Below the pieces are notes generated by a model. It was given only the letters and a program-made list of their open reading frames with translations. It had not been told where the DNA came from and did no database searches. Shown in pieces: positions 9,831 to 18,542 of a stretch of 64,000 nt of DNA (position 1 is the first letter of the stretch; each line of letters begins with the position of its first letter). The DNA lies in contig JBAZFU010000002.1 in the NCBI GenBank assembly GCA_041653195.1, positions 87,639-151,638 on the forward strand. Reading direction: 5' to 3'. The position numbers and the translations under genes are program-made. Origin of the DNA: an archaeon. Lineage in GTDB: Archaea > Iainarchaeota > Iainarchaeia > Iainarchaeales > JAAZKV01.

Positions 9831-9964
9831 CAGGCCTGCTGGGAATCGAACCCAGGTCTGTTCCTAGCACCGACTCCTTCCGGCGAAACTCAAACTTTTT
9901 CGCCAACCTTTTTCAAAAAAAGGTCGTAGGAGGGAACCATACTAATCCACTATACTACAGGCCT
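9831..9964 (-). tRNA. tRNA-Arg(CCU) with 61-nt intron at position 37/38
   Basis: - Minus-strand cloverleaf: acceptor AGGCCUG/CAGGCCU, D arm GUAU-AGUGGAUUA-GUAU, anticodon stem GUUCC/GGAAC, T arm CUGGG-UUCGAUU-CCCAG, discriminator G.
- Loop: CUCCUA + A gives anticodon CCU.
- The intron occupies about 9866-9926.
- CCA is not encoded, and a T7 run follows the gene. Confidence 0.85.
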
Positions 9965-10034
9965 ATAAGCACGGCTACTTTTAACCATGCCAGAAAATTG
10001 TTTGAGGAAGAAGTTTTTAATTGTATTTAAAGAC

Positions 10035-10625
10035 CTAAAGAAGCAATTTAATCGAAGCGGCAGCAACCAGCGGAATCGTAATATTATCGTCCAAAGGCAA
10101 ATATTCCGAAGCAGTTGTAAGAAAGGAAGCGAGGAGAATCATCAAAACATTCGAAGCCGTCGGAGGAAAAAAGAACGCGATGCATAAAAAAGTCACTGCA
10201 AAACAAAACGCGCTACCCTCAACCGTTTTCTTTCTGCCTTTTAAAAGCCTTATCTTACCGAACTTCTGCCCGCCAAGAGCAGCCGCAGTATCCGCAAAAA
10301 TTTCAACCGAAAGCGCCGCAAGAATTATCTTAGGCTCATTCATAAAAAAATAAAGAAGAATAATCGCGGCAACAAAAAAAAGAAGCGCTGCTTTTCCGGG
10401 CAGATGCTTCTCCTCCTCCCTTTCAACCGCGCGAATAATTTTTTCAAACAAATGCAGGCGATGACCGAGCCTCATTAAAAGAATTATTATCAAACCAAGA
10501 AAAAAAATAGTTAAAACAATATAGAAACTTATCTGGGCACCAAAAATAAGTATCAAAAAAATAAACAAAAACCCGAAAACTATGTGAAAAAATTTTCTTT
10601 GCAACTCTTTTTTCATTTCAACCAC
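10035..10625 (-). CDS. Dolichol/polyprenol kinase family membrane protein (CdsA superfamily, COG0170-like)
   Basis: Polytopic membrane protein with FADTAAALGGQKFGK and KKTVEGSAFCF motifs, typical of CTP-dependent polyprenol kinases. Confidence 0.7.
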   Translation of the reverse strand: MVEMKKELQRKFFHIVFGFLFIFLILIFGAQISFYIVLTIFFLGLIIILLMRLGHRLHLFEKIIRAVEREEEKHLPGKAALLFFVAAIILLYFFMNEPKIILAALSVEIFADTAAALGGQKFGKIRLLKGRKKTVEGSAFCFAVTFLCIAFFFPPTASNVLMILLASFLTTASEYLPLDDNITIPLVAAASIKLLL

Positions 10626-10652
10626 TCCAATTTAAAATTATTTAATCCAATA

Positions 10653-11381
10653 CTATTTCTTTTTAACCAAAATAACATAATGATCCTTTTCAAACACCAC
10701 TCTGTGCCCCTTCTCGGAAGACTCGAGAGGAATAACCTGCATAATCAAAAATTCTTTCGAAAGCTTTTCCCTCTCCTCCGCAAGAATGTCCTGCTTCTTC
10801 TTTACCTGCGAAATGCTCTTCGTTTTAATCGTAAGAGCGCCCATGCCGCCGCTCTTCAGAAACCGCGCGTTTCGCAAAAATATTTCCGCCTGATTACGCT
10901 GGGAAACATCCTGAAAAAGCGCATCAACTTTTCCACCCAAAAAATCGGCATATTCCTCGGGCGACTGCGCGTCCGCCACAATCGGAAAAATATTTTTCAT
11001 TACCTCCGAAAGGCCGATTAACTTATCCATTGCAGTTTCGGAAATATCCACGCCGAAAACAAATCCCTTCTCGCCGACAATATCCGCAACATGACTAACA
11101 CTGGTGCCTTCGGCGGAACCAAGGTAAAGAACTTTTGCGCCGCTAAAAAAAATGCTTTCCTTCAAACCGCTTTTTACCGCTGCACAATATTTTGAGCGAA
11201 AAGGATCCCACTCCCTATATTCTTCATTTTCCTCACAAACTATTTTTTCGCCATAAACCCTGTTTCCTTTAATCATGCTTCGCGTATAAATTCGCCCGTC
11301 GGCATAATTGGCTTTTTCATTCAGACCGTCGGAATAAATGCCGTCAAAAACTTTTTTCATACTTATAAAAACTTTTTTCAT
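10653..11381 (-). CDS. flpA: Fibrillarin (rRNA/tRNA 2'-O-methyltransferase)
   Basis: EYREWDPFRSKYCAAV and KVLYLGSAEGTSVSHVADIVGEKGFVFGVD SAM-binding blocks. An alternative ATG exists at 11360. Confidence 0.92.
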   Translation of the reverse strand: MKKVFISMKKVFDGIYSDGLNEKANYADGRIYTRSMIKGNRVYGEKIVCEENEEYREWDPFRSKYCAAVKSGLKESIFFSGAKVLYLGSAEGTSVSHVADIVGEKGFVFGVDISETAMDKLIGLSEVMKNIFPIVADAQSPEEYADFLGGKVDALFQDVSQRNQAEIFLRNARFLKSGGMGALTIKTKSISQVKKKQDILAEEREKLSKEFLIMQVIPLESSEKGHRVVFEKDHYVILVKKK

Positions 11382-11394
11382 AAAAGAAAAAACC

Positions 11395-12039
11395 TTAAAT
11401 GTTTTTTATTTTTATTTCGACATCCTTCATCAAATCGGGAGAAAACGCGCCGCCAAAATAATCCTTCTTAGCGGCAATGGAAAGTTTTCCCGCAATTATG
11501 CGCGCAGCCTTTCCTCTTTTTTCTCTAGGGAGTTTCTGCAAAAGAGAATGATTGAAAAGGAAGCCGTGCTTCGGACACTTCCCCTTTTTCTTCAAATGAT
11601 TGAACAAAGCTTTTTTCGCCCCAAGAAGCTGCATTGTAGAAGAAGGCATGAATGCGAGTTTTCTCTTCGACCCGGCTTCAGAAAGCATTTTTGCGCCAAC
11701 CACCGAACCGGCAATTGAAGAAAAATTCGGCAACTCTTCGGCCATTGCACCGTCAATAAAATTCTGCAAATTTTTTCTCTCCTCTTTAATCGCATCCAAG
11801 TTTTTTTGAAGTTCCGAAACTTGCACAAGAGATTTTTCGGAAGGGTTTTTGCTTTTCCAATCCGAAAGCGCCTCATTCAACAAATTATAAGAAGAATCCA
11901 TATCTTCGAGAAGATTAACCGCCTTAATTATGTGCACTTCTTTCTGTGCAAATTTTTCTTCAATCTGGCGCCTCGCACGCTTCAACAAAGTTTTTCTCAA
12001 CATCTCCCTTCTTTCCATTTCATCCACCTTTTTTTCCAA
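11395..12039 (-). CDS. nop5: Nop5 (Nop56/58) short form: NOP domain plus reduced coiled coil, no N-terminal domain
   Basis: C-terminal AGSVVGAKMLSEAGSKRKLAFMPSSTMQLLGAKKALFNHL...KHGFLF...RGKAARIIAGKLSIAAKKDYF matches the NOP domain. The protein is only 214 aa, and the gene abuts glyS. Confidence 0.85.
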   Translation of the reverse strand: MEKKVDEMERREMLRKTLLKRARRQIEEKFAQKEVHIIKAVNLLEDMDSSYNLLNEALSDWKSKNPSEKSLVQVSELQKNLDAIKEERKNLQNFIDGAMAEELPNFSSIAGSVVGAKMLSEAGSKRKLAFMPSSTMQLLGAKKALFNHLKKKGKCPKHGFLFNHSLLQKLPREKRGKAARIIAGKLSIAAKKDYFGGAFSPDLMKDVEIKIKNI

Positions 12040-12060
12040 TAATGCGATTCAAAATAATTT

Positions 12061-13572
12061 TTACGAAAACCCCTGCTCCAAAAATTTTTGCAACATTTCA
12101 CGCAGAGCTGTTATCTTTACTCTTGTTTGCTTTAAAGAATCCCTTTCCCTTATTGTAACCGAATTATCTTTCAAAGAATCATGATCAATTGTGATGCAGA
12201 AAGGAATTCCGCCCGCGTCAAGACGCGAGTAGCGTTTTCCTATGCTGCCCGCATCATCATAATAAGTTCTAATCCCGCTGCCCTTGAGCGCAACCAAAAC
12301 TTCCTTTGCTTTTTCCGGCAAACCGTCCTTCTTAATCAACGGAAAAACGCCTGCATCGATGGGCGCCATACTCGGCGGCAAAGACAGGACAGTTCGCTTC
12401 TCATCCTCTTTTCTCTTTGAAAAAGCCAAGTCGAGAAGCGCGTAAAAAGGCCTGTCAACACCGAAAGCAATCTCAATAACATCGGGAACAATTTCCTTTC
12501 CATCCTCGGTGCGCACGACAAGCTTCTGTTTAGAAAATTTTGCGTGCTGAGTAAGGTCGTAAGTTGTTCTGTCGTGAACACCGCAGCACTCCGTCCACCC
12601 GAAAGAATTCAATTCAATTTCCAAATCCCACGCGTCATCCGCATAAAAAGCGCGCTCATTACTGTGATGCTGCCTGAAACGCATTTTTTCTTTCGGAATA
12701 CCCATTGCCAAAAAAACTTTGTAAGCCAGAAGAAGCGACCACGCATAAGCCTGATTCTTCAAATAATTATTTTTCAAAGCAGAAGCAAGAGAAACAATTT
12801 CCGGCGCCTTGCTCGATTTTTGAAGTTGTTCAGACCAAAGCGGCAACTGTTCTTTCTCAACTTCCTTGAAAGGAAGAAAATTTTGTTTCTGCTCTTTGCT
12901 GATAAAAATTTGCGCTTCCGCTTGCGTGAATTCTCTCATCCTCAACAAATGCTGACGCGGACTGATTTCATTTCTAAAAGCCTTCCCAATCTGAAAAACT
13001 GTGAAAGGCAATTTGCCCCTGAAAAATTGAACATAACGTTTAAACGGAAGATAAGTAGTGGTTGCGGTTTCAGGCCTGTTGTAAGCAACAGTATCGCGGC
13101 CGATTGTTGTTTTCATCATCAGGCTGTGACGCGAAATTTCCCACTCGAGCCTGCCCTTACAATTCGGACAATTAATATTATTCTCTTTTATTGATGCGAG
13201 CAAGTCCTCATCCTTAGCAGCATTAATTTCTTTGCCCGTTTCCTCCTCAATCAACTTGTCGGCACGAAACGATGATTTGCACTTTGAACAGGAAATCACA
13301 GGATCATTAAAGCCATCCAAGTGTCCGGAAGCTTTCCAAATAATTTCAGGACTTATCAAAGGAAATTCTACTTCAAAAAAACCGTGCTCGACAAAAACTT
13401 TTCTTATTTTATCCTCAACTTTATTCTTCAAGGCTTTTCCGAGAAGGCCGTACGAGTAAAAGCCCGCCATCGGCGTGTAAAGCTCGGGCTCTGGGCCATA
13501 AACAAAATCCTGATCCGCCAAGTAAGTGGCTAATTCGAACTGAAATCCCTTACGCGCATCCTTCTCCATCAA
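12061..13572 (-). CDS. glyS: Glycyl-tRNA synthetase (alpha2 archaeal/eukaryal type)
   Basis: FVYGPEPELYTPMAGFYSYGLLG, FQIGKAFRNEISPRQHLLRMREFTQAE and a C-terminal anticodon-binding domain. Confidence 0.92.
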   Translation of the reverse strand: MMEKDARKGFQFELATYLADQDFVYGPEPELYTPMAGFYSYGLLGKALKNKVEDKIRKVFVEHGFFEVEFPLISPEIIWKASGHLDGFNDPVISCSKCKSSFRADKLIEEETGKEINAAKDEDLLASIKENNINCPNCKGRLEWEISRHSLMMKTTIGRDTVAYNRPETATTTYLPFKRYVQFFRGKLPFTVFQIGKAFRNEISPRQHLLRMREFTQAEAQIFISKEQKQNFLPFKEVEKEQLPLWSEQLQKSSKAPEIVSLASALKNNYLKNQAYAWSLLLAYKVFLAMGIPKEKMRFRQHHSNERAFYADDAWDLEIELNSFGWTECCGVHDRTTYDLTQHAKFSKQKLVVRTEDGKEIVPDVIEIAFGVDRPFYALLDLAFSKRKEDEKRTVLSLPPSMAPIDAGVFPLIKKDGLPEKAKEVLVALKGSGIRTYYDDAGSIGKRYSRLDAGGIPFCITIDHDSLKDNSVTIRERDSLKQTRVKITALREMLQKFLEQGFS

Positions 13573-13735
13573 ACCACATCAATTTTAACCGAATAAAAAT
13601 CCAAGCGGGAAAAGTAATAAAAATGCTCTTTTTAAACGAAACAAAGAAACTATGCCGAAGCAATGCACAAAAGTATAAATACTGTAACCACTCATATAAT
13701 TTCTTGGAAAGCCGTGCTTTTTCAGAGGTGTTTTT

Positions 13736-15034
13736 TTGAAAACTGGTTCTATTCTTTTAGTTTTATTAATGGCAATATTTTCAATAATTTTTGTTTCGGG
13801 TTGCACTAACCCGCCGATTTGCGGAAACGACATATGCGACTACGGCGAAAATTATAATGACTCTGAATATTACTGCCCGCAGGATTGCGGAACACCTCCG
13901 CAGGAATGCTCAAACGATTACGATTGCTACACCTGCCTTGGAAATAATTCCAACGGAACTAGTTGCGTAAACGGAACATGCGACCAAAATAATTGCCATC
14001 AAGACGATGAAAATACTCAAATTTGCACAGGCGAATGGATTAAAATTTGCGACGCGAGATGCGGAGCATCCTGCGAAAATAACAACCAATGCGCGGAAGG
14101 AGAATACTGCGCTACAGAAACCTGCCAATGCACTGAAGAATCAAGATGCATTGATGATGATGATGACAACTATAACGTAGCTTACCCAATAGAAAACACT
14201 GAATGCGGAATACTCGACTGCGACGATACAAACCCTGCAATAAATCCTGCTGCAAAAGAAGTTTGCGGAAACGGGTCAGATGATGATTGCGACGGAGCAG
14301 TAGACTGCTACGATGCTGATTGCGCAGGCTACCTCGGATGCTCACAGGAATTAAAAAATTGGTGGCCGCTAAACGATAAAAACGGAGCAATTGAATTTGC
14401 TGACATTATAGGAAACAAAAACGGTTTCTGCATAGTCGAAGGCGAAAATAAATGCCCGGTTTCAACAAGCGAAATGGGCGGCGCATTCCAATTCAACGGA
14501 AAAAGCAACTTCATAGATTTAAACACCGGAATAAATAATGATGACAAATCACACGAAGACATTAATATAATTTCACAAAAATCGATTTCAATACAAGGTT
14601 GGGCAAAAATAAATTCTGTAAAAAACCAGGCATTCTACTTCAAGAGAGGAAATTACAGCGATGTTGGATGCTTCCTAACAACAAAAAACAAATCGGCAAA
14701 CGACAAAACAGTCTCATTGGAATTCCTTGCATACGATACGACAAACAAAAGACACGAACTCATAGGAAAAACATCGATTAACGCAAATAGTTGGCATTAT
14801 TTCGCATGCACCTACGACGGTTCAACAATGAGATTGTGGGTTGACGGAAAAGAAGACGGAAACTTAGCGTCAAAATTCGCAATAACTTTCTCGGATTCAA
14901 TGTGGGAAAGAATAGGCTACTACGACCTTGACGGCCAACAAACATACTTCGACGGCACCATAAACAACGTTGCCGTATGGAACAGTGCACTAAGCCAAAA
15001 TGAAATAAGCGACATTTACGAATATTCAAAATAA
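13736..15034 (+). CDS. Exported Cys-rich protein with metal-binding-like repeats and C-terminal LamG/ConA-like domain
   Basis: TTG start. Signal peptide ending VSGC (lipobox-like), then CGNDICDYGENYNDSEYYCPQDC and DCDDTNPAINPAAKEVCGNGSDDDCDG. The C-terminus WHYFACTYDGSTMRLWVDGKE...FDGTINNVAVWNSALSQNEI is typical of Laminin_G_3-type domains. Confidence 0.8.
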   Translation: MKTGSILLVLLMAIFSIIFVSGCTNPPICGNDICDYGENYNDSEYYCPQDCGTPPQECSNDYDCYTCLGNNSNGTSCVNGTCDQNNCHQDDENTQICTGEWIKICDARCGASCENNNQCAEGEYCATETCQCTEESRCIDDDDDNYNVAYPIENTECGILDCDDTNPAINPAAKEVCGNGSDDDCDGAVDCYDADCAGYLGCSQELKNWWPLNDKNGAIEFADIIGNKNGFCIVEGENKCPVSTSEMGGAFQFNGKSNFIDLNTGINNDDKSHEDINIISQKSISIQGWAKINSVKNQAFYFKRGNYSDVGCFLTTKNKSANDKTVSLEFLAYDTTNKRHELIGKTSINANSWHYFACTYDGSTMRLWVDGKEDGNLASKFAITFSDSMWERIGYYDLDGQQTYFDGTINNVAVWNSALSQNEISDIYEYSK

Positions 15035-15076
15035 AAAGCAAGGAATAAAAACCATCCAGAAGATTATTCCTTGAAA

Positions 15077-15235
15077 GCCCCTGTGGCTCAGCGGTAGAGC
15101 AACTGCTTCGTAACGGGCCCTTTCTTTTAGAAAAAGAAAGTGTTACGTTATCCCAAAGAAAATCAGCTTTCATTAATTCGGGATAAAAAAAAGCGGACGA
15201 GCAGTATGTCGTGGGTTCGATTCCCACCAGGGGCT
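15077..15235 (+). tRNA. tRNA-Thr(CGU) with 87-nt intron at position 37/38
   Basis: - Cloverleaf: acceptor GCCCCUG/CAGGGGC, D arm GCUC-AGCGGUA-GAGC, anticodon stem ACUGC/GCAGU, T arm GUGGG-UUCGAUU-CCCAC, discriminator U.
- Loop: UUCGUA + A gives anticodon CGU.
- The intron occupies about 15113-15199. Confidence 0.85.
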
Positions 15236-15281
15236 TAAAAATTTTTAAAAAAAAATAATTCAAACTATTTTCAAATGCTGC

Positions 15282-16877
15282 TTAATCCTTCGGGCTAATC
15301 CTAACTATTGTCGAATCGCCAACAGAAATAGTATCATCTTTCACATGACCAACCCAATAAAAACTGCAAATCGAATAATTTCCTTCCTGCGCAGTGGAAT
15401 CAACATTAATTGTCATAAGAATGTCCTTCGATTTTGCGCCCTTCGCAATGCCGCCGACATCAACCAAATGAGTAATAGGATCCGCCGTATCCAAACTAAC
15501 CCACTTAATACACCACTCATCAGTAGGAGCAACCGGTTCAATGCCAAAAACAACATCCGCTACGTCCGCGTTTCCAGTATTCTTAAGATTAACCACCATT
15601 GTCTTTGGAGGATACTCGCCAGTCTTATCATCAAAATTAACCGGCACTATTGAATCAATACCGGTTAGAGCAAGCGTTCCCTTAATCGAAGCACTAACAT
15701 TTCCGACAACCTCCTTTGGAGAAAAATCCGAAAGCGAAGGCGAAACCAATATCAGTTTCCCGGTAAATTTTTCCCCCTCCAATGCATCACTCGGCGGCCT
15801 GAAAAAAAGTTTTACCGCAACCTTATCTCCTCCGCCGGTAGCGCCTTTAGGCGCAATCGAAGAAATCATACGCTGATGCTTATTGCCATTATACGGATCG
15901 CTAAAAGTAAATGCATCAATAGAGATTTCTGAACCCTCATTCTCAACCAATTCCACCAAAACATCTTCCGCAGAAAACTTCGTAGTATTTGTAACCGTTA
16001 CAGTTATCTCCTTTGTGCCGCCGGCAGCCGCACTCAATCTATCCAAACTCGGAGAAGACGAAACAGTGAGAGCAACCGCAGGACTCGCAATCAAATCCTT
16101 TTCCGCACCGTTTGTTCCTGATTTTGTATTAGCATTTGTGCCCTCAATCTTGAACTTCAAACTCAATCTTTTTTCAGAAGTAGGCGTTTTACCCATTTTA
16201 ACGGTAAAACTAAAAGAAGTGGAACCCGAAGCCTGCACAGAAAAAGAAGTATTGTCTGTTCCATCAGGCTCGATTTCAACAACAAGCCCGTTAGTATCAA
16301 AAGCAACTAATTTCGCATCAGTTATCGGCGTGTTCCCATTTTGAATATTTATTACTCCGTTAATATCATTAGTCCCGTACAAATTCGTTGTATCCATCAA
16401 AATATTTAAAGACGCAGTAATATTTTTACTCAAAGAAACACTAAACGCTGTTTCCGTAGAATCATCCTTGTTAATCGGAACCGTGAAACCCTGATTAGTT
16501 ATGGACTTATAGGCGCCAGTGCTTGCGCTGGAAACGGAAAGAAGATAATTTCCGAAAGGAAGGTTTATTGTGGCGGATTCTGTGCTTAAAAAACTCTTAA
16601 TTAGTTTTCCGCTCTCATCATTTATCCTTATATTGGAAGAAACAGGGATTGTTGTTCCAAGCTCTTTCACATTTATAGTTACATCCTGATTAGCGTTAAG
16701 AAAATTCATTACCAAAACAATCGCTACAACCCCGATTATCCCGATAACAATAAGCAATTTGTACTTCTTTAACAAGTCAATTGCAGGCCCTGCAGGAGAA
16801 CCTCCGCGCTGCGGCCCATCGCCATAATAATCCCCGCCAGGATTATAATTCGGCTCATCATATTTCGGGTCGTACAA
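15282..16877 (-). CDS. N-terminally anchored surface protein, beta-rich, unknown function
   Basis: Gly/Pro/Tyr-rich cytoplasmic head, then one TM (LLIVIGIIGVVAIVLVMNFL). A long Ser/Thr/Asn/Val-rich ectodomain follows. Confidence 0.7.
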   Translation of the reverse strand: MYDPKYDEPNYNPGGDYYGDGPQRGGSPAGPAIDLLKKYKLLIVIGIIGVVAIVLVMNFLNANQDVTINVKELGTTIPVSSNIRINDESGKLIKSFLSTESATINLPFGNYLLSVSSASTGAYKSITNQGFTVPINKDDSTETAFSVSLSKNITASLNILMDTTNLYGTNDINGVINIQNGNTPITDAKLVAFDTNGLVVEIEPDGTDNTSFSVQASGSTSFSFTVKMGKTPTSEKRLSLKFKIEGTNANTKSGTNGAEKDLIASPAVALTVSSSPSLDRLSAAAGGTKEITVTVTNTTKFSAEDVLVELVENEGSEISIDAFTFSDPYNGNKHQRMISSIAPKGATGGGDKVAVKLFFRPPSDALEGEKFTGKLILVSPSLSDFSPKEVVGNVSASIKGTLALTGIDSIVPVNFDDKTGEYPPKTMVVNLKNTGNADVADVVFGIEPVAPTDEWCIKWVSLDTADPITHLVDVGGIAKGAKSKDILMTINVDSTAQEGNYSICSFYWVGHVKDDTISVGDSTIVRISPKD

Positions 16878-16986
16878 AAAAACACCTTAAAACTCAAAAA
16901 CTTTCAAACAAGCAATTCTACCTACGAAGGATTTTGATATTAATAAGCGTTTATTTTTTATAAAACTATCCATTCACTATTTTAGT

Positions 16987-17403
16987 ATGAAAATATCGCT
17001 TATAGGCAACCAGGAAAGCCCGATGAACATATTCGACGATTTAGCGCGCGACCTTTCAAAAAAAATAGTCGGACTTGAACTGGAAAAAAGATTCGTTCCA
17101 TTTGCCGAAGATTTGCCGGAAATGGCGCGCGAATGCGCAAAAGAAAGCGACCTCGTATTTGTTTTTGGATTTGCGGAAAGCGAAGAACAGGCCGAAATGC
17201 TCCGCGAAAAACTAATCGACGTTGAAATCGCATCCGAAACAAAAATACTAAAATCCGTTACTGTGGATGAATACAGCGATCTTGAAGAAGAAGATTACAG
17301 AAAAGAAAAAGCAGAATTGGTAAAAAAATATTCAGGAATAATAATTGGGATTCTTTTTAACGAAGAAAGGTTCGAGCCCGAAAACAAAGATTTTTCGATT
17401 TAA
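16987..17403 (+). CDS. Archaeal riboflavin synthase / lumazine synthase-like protein, divergent
   Basis: FVPFAEDLPEMARECAKESDLVFVFG parallels the VPG..DLP....K.L......D.V.ALG block of archaeal RibC. The substrate-binding N-terminal block is not conserved. Confidence 0.5.
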   Translation: MKISLIGNQESPMNIFDDLARDLSKKIVGLELEKRFVPFAEDLPEMARECAKESDLVFVFGFAESEEQAEMLREKLIDVEIASETKILKSVTVDEYSDLEEEDYRKEKAELVKKYSGIIIGILFNEERFEPENKDFSI

Positions 17404-17404
17404 A

Positions 17405-18448
17405 TTATTTCGAACCCTTTCTCACGGATTTGATTTCTTCTTCCTGCTTTTCAATCAACAAATGGAGTTTCTTAATTTCTCGCGCTTTATCATCCAGCTC
17501 TGCACGCATTGACTTCAATTCTTTTAAATAATTTTCAGAAGCCTTCTCCTTTATCGCGTGCTTTTCCTCCTCAATCGAAAGAATCTTTTTAGTATACTCC
17601 GCACGCAACTTCAGAGTTTCATTCTCAACATCAATCGCAACCGTTTTTGCATAATCCCTTTCCTTTTTCAAATCCTTAATAACTTCAAGCGATTTCTTCG
17701 AAAATTTTTCATGACGCCCCTCGATAAGAGAAATTTTTTCCTTTAACTGGGCAAAACTCCCCTCCAAAAAAGAAATCTGGGAAAAATGAGTTTTTAGCGC
17801 ACCGCTAACCTCAAGCACCGACGCATCAAGCTCCTTATCCAACTTTGAAAGCTCAGCCTCGGTTTCCGCAACATTCTTTTCCTGCACAAAACCAAGGAAA
17901 CTCTTTCTGCGGAGCTCGTGATGCTTCTGCTTCAAGTCAGCGATTTCAGACTCGCGCTGATTCAACAATTCCAAAAGATTCTTTGCAGTAGCCCCCTTTT
18001 TCGAAAAATGAGTTTTACGCGTGTGCAAAAAAGTGCGCACTCTCTCAACGGAATAACGCGCCTTCAAAGTAAGATTAAGCATTTTATGCTGAATAGAAAA
18101 ATACAGTTCCGGCACTTCCATAGGCTCGGTTTCATTAATCAGGTTTTCCCTGAACTTTGTTCCCCGTTCCATTTTAAGGTTTGACTCAAAAACAATTATT
18201 TTTTTCTGAAGCTCTGAAAGAAACTGCGAAATATCCGGCGCATTCTTTTCGAGAATGCTTCTTAACTCCTTATCAACTTCCGCAAATTCATAATAAATCC
18301 CCTTCAATTTTTTCGTATAAGTTTCAAGCCCAAAAATAAAACCCTGACGGTTTATTTCCTTCCAATTCTCCGCAGCAATCAGGTCATGCAAAGAATCAAC
18401 GGACTTTACAAGCTCCTCAACCTTCTCATCCAAACTAACCATAATCAC
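17405..18448 (-). CDS. Coiled-coil protein, unknown function
   Basis: 347 aa, Glu/Lys/Leu-rich with heptad-like periodicity throughout. Confidence 0.65.
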   Translation of the reverse strand: MIMVSLDEKVEELVKSVDSLHDLIAAENWKEINRQGFIFGLETYTKKLKGIYYEFAEVDKELRSILEKNAPDISQFLSELQKKIIVFESNLKMERGTKFRENLINETEPMEVPELYFSIQHKMLNLTLKARYSVERVRTFLHTRKTHFSKKGATAKNLLELLNQRESEIADLKQKHHELRRKSFLGFVQEKNVAETEAELSKLDKELDASVLEVSGALKTHFSQISFLEGSFAQLKEKISLIEGRHEKFSKKSLEVIKDLKKERDYAKTVAIDVENETLKLRAEYTKKILSIEEEKHAIKEKASENYLKELKSMRAELDDKAREIKKLHLLIEKQEEEIKSVRKGSK

Positions 18449-18542
18449 ACCAACAAAAAAACATCCAACAATCGCCGAAGAAAACGCTGTAATATTGTTT
18501 TTTTAAGTATATAATAATTTGGCTCTGAAAAAAATTTCTACC

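Noticed and set aside
12544-13194. 216-aa plus-strand ORF.
   Set aside because: It lies entirely antisense within glyS and is low-complexity.
15113-15199. A box C/D guide RNA embedded in the tRNA-Thr intron, as occurs in some archaeal tRNA-Trp introns. The tRNA-Arg intron at 9866-9926 was also checked.
   Set aside because: No RUGAUGA C box or properly spaced CUGA D box is present in either intron.
14778-15263. 161-aa minus-strand ORF.
   Set aside because: It spans the tRNA-Thr gene and the 3' end of the LamG protein gene, and it has no motif.
13736-16877. tRNA-Thr as an integration site for a mobile element carrying the flanking surface-protein genes.
   Set aside because: There is no integrase, and I found no second copy of the tRNA 3' end (ttcgattccc...) in the window other than the unrelated tRNA-Arg T arm.
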